From Bryobacteraceae bacterium (lineage in GTDB: Bacteria > Acidobacteriota > Terriglobia > Bryobacterales > Bryobacteraceae): DNA of 64,000 bases. A model generated the notes under the pieces. That model was given only the letters and a program-made list of their open reading frames with translations. It did not search any database and was not told where the DNA came from. The stretch spans positions 25,593 to 89,592 of the forward strand of contig DATKFU010000290.1 in assembly GCA_035511215.1 (NCBI GenBank), written 5' to 3'. Within the stretch, counting starts at the first letter, position 1. Each line of letters opens with the position of its first letter. A program made the position numbers and the translations under genes. Of this stretch, positions 38,948 to 47,896 are shown one piece after another.

Positions 38948-39712
38948 TTACTGCTCCTGCGTGATGTGCGCGCGCCGATTCTTCTGCCAGCACTCTTCAT
39001 CGTGCTCGCTGCAAACCTGCTTCTCTTTGCCGTAGCTGATGGTCTTGAGTTGCGAGTCGGGAACGCCCAGCGACGCCAGATACTCCTTGGCTTGACTGGC
39101 GCGCTTATCGCCCAGCGCCAGATTGTACTCTTCAGACCCGCGCTCATCGCAATAGCCTTGCACGGTAAGTTTGTAATCGGGGTACTGTTTCAGGATCTCG
39201 CCCAGAGTCTTGGCGTCGGCGACCAGCGCGGCCTGCGCGTCCGGCCGAATATTGTGCTTGTTGTAATCGAAGTAGGCGTCCTGAATGCGATTCAGCAACT
39301 CCTGTATCTGGTTCCTGGTGGCCTGGTCCGGCATGCGTGATGCGCTCTGTATCAGAATGCTGACGCTCGCGGTGGCGGACGCGGTCCCGCCTGGCCCGGT
39401 GGCGGTCAAGGTGTAGCGGGTGTCGGCGCTGGGAAAAACCGCCCGGCTTCCGGACTCCTGGACCGAACCCAACGCAGGCGAGATTTGCACATTGTTAGCG
39501 TGTTCCACAGCCCAGCGAAGGGTCGTCTGGCCGCCTTTGTCAATGGATCCCGGCGACGCGGCAAACAGCGCGATCACTGGTTTCTCCGAGGCTGGCGCGG
39601 CGGCTTGCTGTACTGCGGGTGGGGGCGTGGCCGGTTTCACGGCGACCTTCTTGGCGCAGCCGGCCGCGATCAGGCAGACGGCGCCGATTGTGGCGCATAG
39701 TGGCTTGTTCAT
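38948..39712 (-). CDS. pal: Peptidoglycan-associated lipoprotein (OmpA-family) with an extra Ig-like N-terminal domain
   Basis: ATG 39712 follows GGAGGA. Lipobox LIAAGC. OmpA_C domain FDYNKHNIRPDA...VQGYCDERGSEEYNLALGDKRASQAKEYLASLGV. A beta-rich domain of roughly 90 aa lies between them (GGQTTLRWAVEHANNVQISP...RYTLTATGPGG). Confidence 0.85.
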   Translation of the reverse strand: MNKPLCATIGAVCLIAAGCAKKVAVKPATPPPAVQQAAAPASEKPVIALFAASPGSIDKGGQTTLRWAVEHANNVQISPALGSVQESGSRAVFPSADTRYTLTATGPGGTASATASVSILIQSASRMPDQATRNQIQELLNRIQDAYFDYNKHNIRPDAQAALVADAKTLGEILKQYPDYKLTVQGYCDERGSEEYNLALGDKRASQAKEYLASLGVPDSQLKTISYGKEKQVCSEHDEECWQKNRRAHITQEQ

Positions 39713-39997
39713 TTGGTGTTTTCCTCCAGGAAAAACTTCCTGTATATTCAAGGTAAAGCGACAAGGGCGATCGGCGGCATCCCGTTGATGCGGTATTTAC
39801 GGGTGGGGGAACACGCGAGAACGGGCGCGTGTCATCGCGTATGATGTGACGTGCTACGGACCCGGTTCTTTGCAGTAACGCTCGAACATGGCGGCGGTGA
39901 TTTCCGGAGCCACTTCGGCGGCCGGATAGCTGGAGTCAACGGCGGCTCACGCTACCTCGCAAGCGCAAGGATGCTTCCATGGACTTCGATTTGCATT

Positions 39998-40150
39998 CTA
40001 GAGAGGGGCACCGCACACCTGCTCGATCTGTTCCGCGAGCCGCCTCGCTCCGTTGTCGCCTTCGATCCGTAAAGCACGCGCCACCACCACCAAAGGTTCC
40101 GGTTCTGTCGTCTCGTCGTTCACCTGCCTGCCGCCGGATTCTTCCGCCAT
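39998..40150 (-). CDS. Possible 50-aa acidic ORF abutting the ADOP stop
   Basis: ATG 40150 immediately follows the ADOP stop TAG (40151-40153). Product is MAEESGGRQVNDETTEPEPLVVVARALRIEGDNGARRLAEQIEQVCGAPL. No recognisable family. Confidence 0.15.
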   Translation of the reverse strand: MAEESGGRQVNDETTEPEPLVVVARALRIEGDNGARRLAEQIEQVCGAPL

Positions 40151-42571
40151 CTACTCATATCGTAATGCGACCAGCGGATCGATAGCCGCTGCGCGCCGCG
40201 CCGGGATGTAGCAGGCGGCCAGCGCCACCAGGGCCAGCAACAGCGATACGGCGGCGAAGGTGAGCGGATCGAAGGGCGTCACCTCGAAGAGAAAGTCCTT
40301 CAACACCCGCGTGGCGGCCCAGGCGCCGGCGAGTCCTATCGCCAGCCCACCCGCGACCAGCGCCGCGCTACGCCACAGGATCATTTGCAGAATGTGGCCG
40401 CGCTGTGCGCCGATCGCCATGCGAATGCCGATCTCCTGGGTCCGCTGCGTCACCGAGTAAGCCATCACGCCGTAGATGCCGACGATGGCGAGCAGAAAAG
40501 CGATGGAGGAAAACGAAGCGAGCACGCGAGTCTGAAAGCGCGGCTCGGCCGTGGAGGTATACAGCAGATCCTGCATACTGGTCATCGCGCCGATGGGCAG
40601 GTCTTTGTCGACGGTCCACACTTGCGCGCGCAAAGCCGGCGCCAGGCTGGACGGATTCGCATTCGAGCGCACCACGAAGCTGACTTCCTGCAGGAAGAAG
40701 AGCCCCTTCACCTGCGCGAAGGGCTGGTAGACGGTCATGTGCTCCGCGGCCGGATTCTCCTGCCGGATGGAACCGGCCACTCCGACCACGGTCATCCAGT
40801 CGCTCTCCGCCTTGGGATTGTCCTCGAAACTGATGCGCTTGCCGATCGGATTCTGCCCAGGCCAAAAGCGGCGCGCGAACGATTCATCCACCATGGCCAC
40901 CGGCGCCGATTTCAGGTTGTCGTGTTCGTCGAACGCACGTCCGCGCATCAGCGGGATGCCCATCGCGCGAAAGTAGCCCGGGCTGACGGCCGGTTTGACT
41001 GCGAGCGCGTCGGGCGGCAATTGCTGGCCGGCCAGCTTGAAATCTCCCTGGACGAGGAAGTCCGACATGGGCAGCAGGTTGATCAAACCCACAGCGGTTA
41101 CGCCGCTCACGTTCGCGATGCGCTGCAACATATCGTTATCGAACCGGTGGATTTGTTCGGCCGATTCGTATGGCTTGCCGTTCAGCTCCATGCTCATTGC
41201 CAGGACGTTGCCGGGACGGAAGCCCAGGTCCACGGCGCGCAGTTTCTCGAAGCTGCGCACCAATAAGCCCGCGCCGATCAGCAAGACCAAGGCCAGCGCC
41301 ACTTCCGCCATGACCAGCACGGAACGCAACGAGCCCGCACGAGCGCTGCCGCGGGCCGCCGCGTCTTTCCAGTTTCGCGTCTGCCGCGCGCCTGTCAACT
41401 GCAGCGCAGGGGCCAGGCCGAAGAGCATGCTGGTGAGCAGGGAGACGCCGATGTTGAAGGCGAATACCCAGCCGTCGAACCGGATTTCATCAATCCGCGG
41501 GATGCGATTTGCCGGCGCAAGCTGGATCAGCGTTTCTACTCCCCACAGCGCGACAATGAGCCCCAGCAGTCCGCCGCTGACGCCGAGCACGGCGCTTTCG
41601 GTAAGGAGTTGCCGCGCCAGGCGCCAGCGGGTGGCGCCGAGCGATGCGCGAATGGCGATCTCCTGCTTGCGCGCCGATGCGCGGGAGAGCAGCAGGTTGG
41701 CCACGTTGACGCAAGCGATGAGCAACACGCAGCCCACGGCTCCCAGGAAAACCAGCAGGGCAGGCCGTGCTTTCCCCACGACGCTATCGCGCAGGGGAGC
41801 GATGCCCATCACATTGTCGTCATAGTGACGATGCGAGGCTGCCGCGAGGCGTGTGTTAGCGGCGTCCAGTTCGGCCTTCGCGCGCGCCACCGTGGCCCCC
41901 GCCGCCAGCCTGCCAATCACCTGGCGGAAAGCGATGTGGTGGTTGTCCGGCTCCAGAACCGCCGGGACCCACAGTTCCTGCGCCGGGTCGAAGCCGGCCG
42001 GCATGACGCCGACGATGGTATGCGGCTGGCCGTTGAGAACGATCGATTTGCCCAGCGCTTCTTGCCCGGCTGCGAAATGGGCGCGCCAAAAGCTATTGCT
42101 CAGGACCGCGACCTTGGCGCCTGCCGGCGACTCTTCTTCGGGCCGAAACCCGCGCCCGAGTTGCGGCTGGACGCCGAGCGTGGCGAAGAAGTTAGTGGTT
42201 ACCTCCTGGCCGTGAATGGCCACAGGATCGCCGGCTCCAGTGCCGTTCCAGTTCCCGCCGCTGTAGGCGGCCAACTGCTGGAATGCCGTCGTGGCGGAAC
42301 GGCAGGCGATGAATTGGGGATCCGACATCGAACCGACGCCGAACGGAGTGGGCTGCTTGGGCGTAGGCCGGACCGTGTACAACTCGGATGGCTCGTGGTA
42401 GGGCAGCGGGCGCAGCAGCACCGATTCGACTACCGTAAAGACGGCCGTATTTGCGCCGATGCCGATGGCCAGCGCGCCGATCGCGACCGCCGTGAAGCCC
42501 GGGTTCCGGCTCAGGTTGCGGAAGGCATAGCGGAGATCGGCTTTCAGACCGGCAAGCGTGTTCATCGACAA
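40151..42571 (-). CDS. ADOP-family duplicated permease
   Basis: 806 aa. FRNLSRNPGFTAVAIGALAIGIGANTAVFTVVESVLLRPLPY; second FtsX module; C-terminus IPARRAAAIDPLVALRYE. No PadR gene upstream. Confidence 0.9.
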   Translation of the reverse strand: MSMNTLAGLKADLRYAFRNLSRNPGFTAVAIGALAIGIGANTAVFTVVESVLLRPLPYHEPSELYTVRPTPKQPTPFGVGSMSDPQFIACRSATTAFQQLAAYSGGNWNGTGAGDPVAIHGQEVTTNFFATLGVQPQLGRGFRPEEESPAGAKVAVLSNSFWRAHFAAGQEALGKSIVLNGQPHTIVGVMPAGFDPAQELWVPAVLEPDNHHIAFRQVIGRLAAGATVARAKAELDAANTRLAAASHRHYDDNVMGIAPLRDSVVGKARPALLVFLGAVGCVLLIACVNVANLLLSRASARKQEIAIRASLGATRWRLARQLLTESAVLGVSGGLLGLIVALWGVETLIQLAPANRIPRIDEIRFDGWVFAFNIGVSLLTSMLFGLAPALQLTGARQTRNWKDAAARGSARAGSLRSVLVMAEVALALVLLIGAGLLVRSFEKLRAVDLGFRPGNVLAMSMELNGKPYESAEQIHRFDNDMLQRIANVSGVTAVGLINLLPMSDFLVQGDFKLAGQQLPPDALAVKPAVSPGYFRAMGIPLMRGRAFDEHDNLKSAPVAMVDESFARRFWPGQNPIGKRISFEDNPKAESDWMTVVGVAGSIRQENPAAEHMTVYQPFAQVKGLFFLQEVSFVVRSNANPSSLAPALRAQVWTVDKDLPIGAMTSMQDLLYTSTAEPRFQTRVLASFSSIAFLLAIVGIYGVMAYSVTQRTQEIGIRMAIGAQRGHILQMILWRSAALVAGGLAIGLAGAWAATRVLKDFLFEVTPFDPLTFAAVSLLLALVALAACYIPARRAAAIDPLVALRYE

Positions 42572-42735
42572 TCCTCCGGGATCGCGTAGGCAGGCAGGGT
42601 ACCATTCAATACGGTGCGCGCTGGGAATCGATTCAATCAGTTAGGGCGGCGTCGGGCCGATGGCGGTGTGCGGTTGTGGGATGGTATGGCGCGGGGGCGG
42701 ACACAGCACCGGCTAGAATAAGGTTTTCCCAGGGC

Positions 42736-43941
42736 ATGCATAGTGCGCTGTTTATCTCCGCCGAGGCTCCCTACCCGCTGGCCGGCGGAGGCGTCATGCG
42801 CAGCGCCTCGCTACTCAATTTCCTGGCGCGAGGTTATGCGGTGGATATGATCGTGTTCCGTGAGCCGCGCGCCGCGGACCCGCGGGACCACCTCCCGGCT
42901 GGCCTGGTACGGCGCCTGCACGTGGTGGAGTTGCCGCCACACACGCGCCATACTTTGGCCCGCGCCGCGCGCAATGCCGGACGCCTGGCTCGGCGCGTTC
43001 CCCCGCTCATGGACCGGTTCGCGGGCTTCGGCGGCCAAATCGCCTCCGCCACACGGGGACAGCGCTATGACGTCGCCGTGATCGAGCACTTCTGGTGCGC
43101 CCCGTATTGGGAGCAGGCTGCGGCCGTAAGCGACGCTACCATCCTCGACTTAGTCGACGTCGAATCGGTACTGCACGCACGCTGCGCGCTGGCCGGAAGC
43201 GGCACCCCAGCCCTGGCCCGCCTGGCCCACCGGGCATTTCAAAATATTTGCCGCAATTTGGAAGAGAAATGGCTGCGCCGATTCACTTATTTGCTGGCCA
43301 CTTCCGATTTGGATGCGCAACTTTTGCGCGTCATTTCGCCTGGCTCAAATGTGCTGGTTTATCCGAATTCGATACCGTTTGTTCCCGCGCCTGCCCGCCT
43401 GGAGGAAAACATGATCGCGTTTTCCGGCAATCTGGAGTATCACCCGAACATCTCCGCCGTGCGCTACTTCCGGGAAGAGATCTGGCCGGAACTGCGCGCC
43501 CGCTGGCCTGGCTTAGTGTGGCGGCTGATCGGCAAGAACCCGGAAGCTGTGGCAAGTATTGTCAGCGGCGATCCCCGCATTGAACTGACTGGCCCGGTTG
43601 AGGATGCGGTCGCTGAACTGGCGCGCGCCAAGGTAGCCATAGTACCGGTTTTGGCCGGGAGTGGTACTCGGGTCAAAATCATCGAGGCGTGGGCCGCGGG
43701 CGTGCCGGTGGTGTCGACTCCGTTGGGTGCGGAAGGCCTTTCCGCGCGGGCGGGAGAGCATTTATTGCTGGCAAACGATGCCGTAACCTTCCGGGATGCC
43801 GTATCCAGCCTGCTGGCCGACGGGGCGCTGCGGAACCGGATCGGACGTGCGGGGCGGTACCAGTTTGAATGTGAATTTACCTGGGAAGCCGCCTGGAAGT
43901 GCTTGCAATTCTTAGATCCTGCTACCATGGTAAAGATCTGA
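42736..43941 (+). CDS. Glycosyltransferase family 4
   Basis: Start at ATG 42736 (MHSALFISAEAPYPLAGGGVMR). C-terminal GT1 motif GSGTRVKIIEAWAAGVPVVSTPLGAEGL. Confidence 0.85.
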   Translation: MHSALFISAEAPYPLAGGGVMRSASLLNFLARGYAVDMIVFREPRAADPRDHLPAGLVRRLHVVELPPHTRHTLARAARNAGRLARRVPPLMDRFAGFGGQIASATRGQRYDVAVIEHFWCAPYWEQAAAVSDATILDLVDVESVLHARCALAGSGTPALARLAHRAFQNICRNLEEKWLRRFTYLLATSDLDAQLLRVISPGSNVLVYPNSIPFVPAPARLEENMIAFSGNLEYHPNISAVRYFREEIWPELRARWPGLVWRLIGKNPEAVASIVSGDPRIELTGPVEDAVAELARAKVAIVPVLAGSGTRVKIIEAWAAGVPVVSTPLGAEGLSARAGEHLLLANDAVTFRDAVSSLLADGALRNRIGRAGRYQFECEFTWEAAWKCLQFLDPATMVKI

Positions 43942-45083
43942 TGCGTTTCGCGATTGATGCTCACGCCATCGGCCGCCACCTCACCGGAAACGAAGTGTAC
44001 GTTCGCAGTCTTCTGAGGAGTTTTGCGGCGCTGGACCACGAATCGGACTTCGTCACTTACTTCTCCGCCGAAGATGCCCGGCAGTGGACAGCCGAACGGT
44101 TCCAGGCCCGGCAAGTCTCGCCGAACCCGTTCGTTCGGCTGGGGGTGGAACTGGCCATGAAACTCCGCCAGGATCGTCCCGATCTGGTGCACGTACAGTA
44201 CACCGCCCCGCTAGCATGCCCAGTACCGGTGGTGGTAAGCGTCCACGACGTGAGCTTCCTGGTGCATCCCGAATATTTCCCCAAGTTCCGCGCTTTGCAA
44301 TTGCGCTGGACCGTGGCGCGCACCATTCGCTCCGCGGCGCGAATTCTGACGGTGAGCGACTTCTCCAGGAATTCCATTATCGAGGCCTATGGCGAGTCCT
44401 GCGCAGGCAAGATCGTGGTGGTGCCCAATGCTGCCGCCAGCGGCTTGCGGCCCATTTCGCGCGAAAGCGCCACCGCCGCTGTGCGGGCCCGTTTTCATGC
44501 CGCCAAGCCCTTCATCCTTTCGGTCGGCGACTTGCAGCCGCGTAAGAACCATATCGGCTTGATTGCTGCATTCGCCGAGTTAGTCCGCACCTATCCCCAG
44601 TTGACGCATCACCTGGTACTGGCCGGCAAAGATACCTGGTTCAGCCCCAAAGTCCGGGAGGCTGCCCGCCAATCGGGCGTGGCGGACCGTATCCAGTTCG
44701 CCGGTTACGTTTCCGACGAAGACTTGTTACATCTGTATAACGCCTGCGACTTGTTTGTCTTTCCGTCTTTTTATGAGGGCTTCGGCTTACCGGTGCTCGA
44801 GGCCATGGCCTGTGGACGATGCGTAGCCTGCTCCGGCACATCCTCCATCCCCGAAGTGGCCGACAGTGCAGCGATCATGTTCGATCCTCATTCCTTGACC
44901 GAGATGGTGCGCGCCATGGCGGATCTGCTGCGCGATGCGGAACTGCGGACCCGGATGGAACGTCTAGGATTGCAGCGGGCGTCGCGTTTTAGCTGGCGCG
45001 CGGCCGCGCAACAAACTCTGGAGGTTTACCGCGACGTCGCCGAGCGTCATCGCGCCGCGGCCCGGGAATTCGTGCATCGATGA
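43941..45083 (+). CDS. Glycosyltransferase family 4
   Basis: ATG 43941 overlaps the upstream TGA by 1 nt (TGATG). MRFAIDAHAIGRHLTGNEVY...; FPSFYEGFGLPVLEAMACGRCVACSGTSSIPEV. Confidence 0.85.
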   Translation: MRFAIDAHAIGRHLTGNEVYVRSLLRSFAALDHESDFVTYFSAEDARQWTAERFQARQVSPNPFVRLGVELAMKLRQDRPDLVHVQYTAPLACPVPVVVSVHDVSFLVHPEYFPKFRALQLRWTVARTIRSAARILTVSDFSRNSIIEAYGESCAGKIVVVPNAAASGLRPISRESATAAVRARFHAAKPFILSVGDLQPRKNHIGLIAAFAELVRTYPQLTHHLVLAGKDTWFSPKVREAARQSGVADRIQFAGYVSDEDLLHLYNACDLFVFPSFYEGFGLPVLEAMACGRCVACSGTSSIPEVADSAAIMFDPHSLTEMVRAMADLLRDAELRTRMERLGLQRASRFSWRAAAQQTLEVYRDVAERHRAAAREFVHR

Positions 45084-45913
45084 ATAAGCGCGCGGCTTCG
45101 TTGTGTGTCTCGCTGGGATTGCTGCTGCTGGCAGCGGCAGGCAGCCCCTGGCAGAAGCCTGCGGATCCGCCCGCCGAAGCGCCCGTGGGAGCCAGGGCTG
45201 CGCCGGTCTCGAGCGCCGCGCAAGTCGCCAGCGCAAAGGAGACTTCCCCAGCGAAGGATGCTGCGCCACCCAAGGCAACCGGCTTTCCCAACACCGGCGA
45301 ATCCCTCAATTATGCCCTGAAGTGGCCGGGCGGCGCCAGTCTCGGCGAGGCCCATCTGAGCGCCTCCAAGGACGACAAGGGCTGGGAGTTCAATTTTTCG
45401 CTGAACGCTTCGGTTCCCGGATTTGCCGTCACGGATCATTATCATTCACGGGCCAATGCGGACTTCTGCTCGCTCGAGTTGGAAAAGGAAACCACCCACG
45501 GCCAGCGCCACACGCATGAAAGAACCGTCTTCGACTACAAGGAAGGCAGCGCTACGCGCACGACCTTGGTCGAGGGTGGCGGCCACACCGACATCGACAT
45601 CAACGACTGCGCCCACGATGGCTTGGACTACATCTTTTATGCGCGCCGCGAGTTGGGGCAAGGGCACGGCGTTCCCAAGGAGCAGGATGTGCTTTTTGGC
45701 GCGTCTTACTCGGTGCGCATGGAATTCGCCGGCGTCCAGGAAGTGACGGTGGCAGGCAAGCGCCGGCAGGCCGATCACGTGATACTCCACCTGAGGGGAC
45801 CCGCCGCCGACTCGGAGTTGGACATCTTCTTCGAGCGCGACCCCTCCCGCACGCCCCTAATCATCAAGGCGCCGCTCCCGGTGGGCACGTTGTCGATGGA
45901 GCTTGAGCGCTGA
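45080..45913 (+). CDS. DUF3108-like secreted/periplasmic beta-rich protein
   Basis: ATGA overlap with the upstream gene. Signal peptide MNKRAASLCVSLGLLLLAAA. GESLNYALKWPGGASLGEAHLSA...; ...DIFFERDPSRTPLIIKAPLPVGTLSMEL follows the DUF3108 pattern. Confidence 0.6.
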   Translation: MNKRAASLCVSLGLLLLAAAGSPWQKPADPPAEAPVGARAAPVSSAAQVASAKETSPAKDAAPPKATGFPNTGESLNYALKWPGGASLGEAHLSASKDDKGWEFNFSLNASVPGFAVTDHYHSRANADFCSLELEKETTHGQRHTHERTVFDYKEGSATRTTLVEGGGHTDIDINDCAHDGLDYIFYARRELGQGHGVPKEQDVLFGASYSVRMEFAGVQEVTVAGKRRQADHVILHLRGPAADSELDIFFERDPSRTPLIIKAPLPVGTLSMELER

Positions 45914-47896
45914 ATGCGCGTGGCGTTTTTTTCCCCGCTGCCGCCCTGCCGCAGCGGGATCGCCGACTATTCCGAAACCCTGGCCGAACATCTGAAGCCT
46001 CTGGTCGATCTGGAGGTTTTCGCCGATGGGAACCGGCCCTTCGACGCATCCCGCTTTGACGTCGCGCTGTATCACCTGGGGAACAATCCGCACCATGCTT
46101 TCGTTTACGAAGCGGCGCTACGGCATCCGGGCGTGGTGGTGATGCATGAATCGAATCTGCATCACCTGATTGCTGACCTCACCATCCGGCGCAACGACTG
46201 GGAAGCGTATCTGCGTGAATGCGAATACGAGGGCGGCCCGGATGCATTGGCCTATGCGCGGCGGGTGCGCGCGCTGGAGGTGGGGCCGGATTACGAGGGT
46301 CTGCGCATGACCCGGCGCGTGCTCGAATCCGCCCGCGCGGCCGTGGTTCACAGCCAGTTCATGGTGGACGAAATGCATACGGCCGGTTTTGACGGACCGG
46401 TCGCGCGCATTCCGCATGGCGCCTGGATACCGGAGGCCGATCGCAACGCGTGGCGCTACCGTTTGGGGGTGGACGAAGCCACACCGCTCATCGGAATCTT
46501 CGGCTTTCTGAAACCATATAAGCGCATCGCCGAATCGTTGCGCGCCTTTCGCCGGCTGCTGCGGGTGGCGCCGGCCGCCAAAATGATCCTGGTGGGCGAA
46601 CCGCACCCGGAGTTTCCGCTGCAGTCGCTGATCCACACTTTGGGGCTCTCGGGGCCAGTCCGGGTGATGGGGTTCACACCCATCGGCGACTTCACGGGCT
46701 ATATGGCGGCCTGCGATATCGTGCTGAATCTGCGCTATCCGACCGTGGGCGAAAGTTCCGGCAGTCTGCTGCGCGCGCTGGGATTGGGCAAGGCGGTGCT
46801 GGTTTCCGGCATCGGCGCATTTCAGGAGTTTCCGGACGACGTCTGCCTCAAAGTGCCAGTGGGCGCGGGCGAGGAAGACCTCATCTTCGAATACCTCAAC
46901 CTGCTGGCCGCGCGCCCGGATGTGGCCCGCGCGCTGGGCGAGCGCGCCGCGCGCTACGTGAAGGAAGAATGCAACTGGGACCGGGTGGCGGGTCTGTACG
47001 CATCGTTTTTGAAATCGGTGGTCGCCGGCAGCGATTGGCGGCCCGAGATGCCGCCGGGCCCAGCAGGCAGCCCCGAGTCCCACCCGGAACCCAGCACCCC
47101 GCACGCGGAACCTATAGCGCCGGAGTATGTCGCGAGCTGGGCCGCCAACCCCGAGTCTCTCGACTACGTGGATACGCATCTGACGCGTTTGGTCAAAACA
47201 CTCGAAATCACGCCGCCGGGAGGGCCGGAAGACCGCATCCTGGAGATGGGCGCGTACCTTCAAATCACCCCGGCGCTCCGATCCAAGCTGGGTTACGGCT
47301 GCGTACGCGGCTGCTACTATGGACCTGCAGGCAAAGTCGATCGCCGCAGCGCGGCATCCACCGCAGGCGAGGCGTTCGACTGCGAGATCGATCTGTTCAA
47401 CGCCGAGAAGGATCCGTTTCCGTACGCGGACGGGCACTTCTCGACGGTGCTGTGCGGTGAGTTGATCGAGCATCTGACAGAAGATCCCATGCACCTGATG
47501 AGCGAGATCAATCGCATCGTGAAGCCGGGCGGACACCTGGTGCTGACCACCCCGAACATCGGGAGCTTGCGCGGCATCGCAGCGATTCTGGGAGGCTATC
47601 ATCCCGGCATCTTCACGGCCTACATCCGGCCGCGCGCCGATGGCGAGGTGGAAGCCCGGCACAACCGCGAATACACGCCGAAGGAGATTGAACGGCTTCT
47701 GCTGAACTCGGGTTTCACGGTGACGCTGCTTGAGACCGGACCGTTCCGCCAAACTCCCCGGCCGGAGGAAGGCTGGGTGCTGAATCTGCTGGAACGGTTC
47801 GAACTGCCGCGGGATTTGCGGGGCGACGACATCTACGCGGTGGGCCGCAAGACCGGCCCGGTCCACGAACGTTATCCGGACTGGTTATACGCATGA
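45914..47896 (+). CDS. Fusion protein: N-terminal GT4 glycosyltransferase plus C-terminal class I SAM-dependent methyltransferase
   Basis: N-terminus MRVAFFSPLPPCRSGIADYSETLAEHL and ...ESSGSLLRALGLGKAVLVSGIGAFQEF. C-terminus ILEMGAY..., FSTVLCGELIEHLTEDPMHLMSEINRIVKPGGHLVLTTPN (Methyltransf_11-like). Its start directly follows the upstream stop (TGAATG). Confidence 0.8.
   Translation: MRVAFFSPLPPCRSGIADYSETLAEHLKPLVDLEVFADGNRPFDASRFDVALYHLGNNPHHAFVYEAALRHPGVVVMHESNLHHLIADLTIRRNDWEAYLRECEYEGGPDALAYARRVRALEVGPDYEGLRMTRRVLESARAAVVHSQFMVDEMHTAGFDGPVARIPHGAWIPEADRNAWRYRLGVDEATPLIGIFGFLKPYKRIAESLRAFRRLLRVAPAAKMILVGEPHPEFPLQSLIHTLGLSGPVRVMGFTPIGDFTGYMAACDIVLNLRYPTVGESSGSLLRALGLGKAVLVSGIGAFQEFPDDVCLKVPVGAGEEDLIFEYLNLLAARPDVARALGERAARYVKEECNWDRVAGLYASFLKSVVAGSDWRPEMPPGPAGSPESHPEPSTPHAEPIAPEYVASWAANPESLDYVDTHLTRLVKTLEITPPGGPEDRILEMGAYLQITPALRSKLGYGCVRGCYYGPAGKVDRRSAASTAGEAFDCEIDLFNAEKDPFPYADGHFSTVLCGELIEHLTEDPMHLMSEINRIVKPGGHLVLTTPNIGSLRGIAAILGGYHPGIFTAYIRPRADGEVEARHNREYTPKEIERLLLNSGFTVTLLETGPFRQTPRPEEGWVLNLLERFELPRDLRGDDIYAVGRKTGPVHERYPDWLYA

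Noticed and set aside
39851-40072. 73-aa plus-strand ORF in the pal/ADOP spacer
   Set aside because: No Shine-Dalgarno, no motif and odd composition. It overlaps the equally weak minus-strand 50-aa ORF, so there is insufficient support for either as a real gene.
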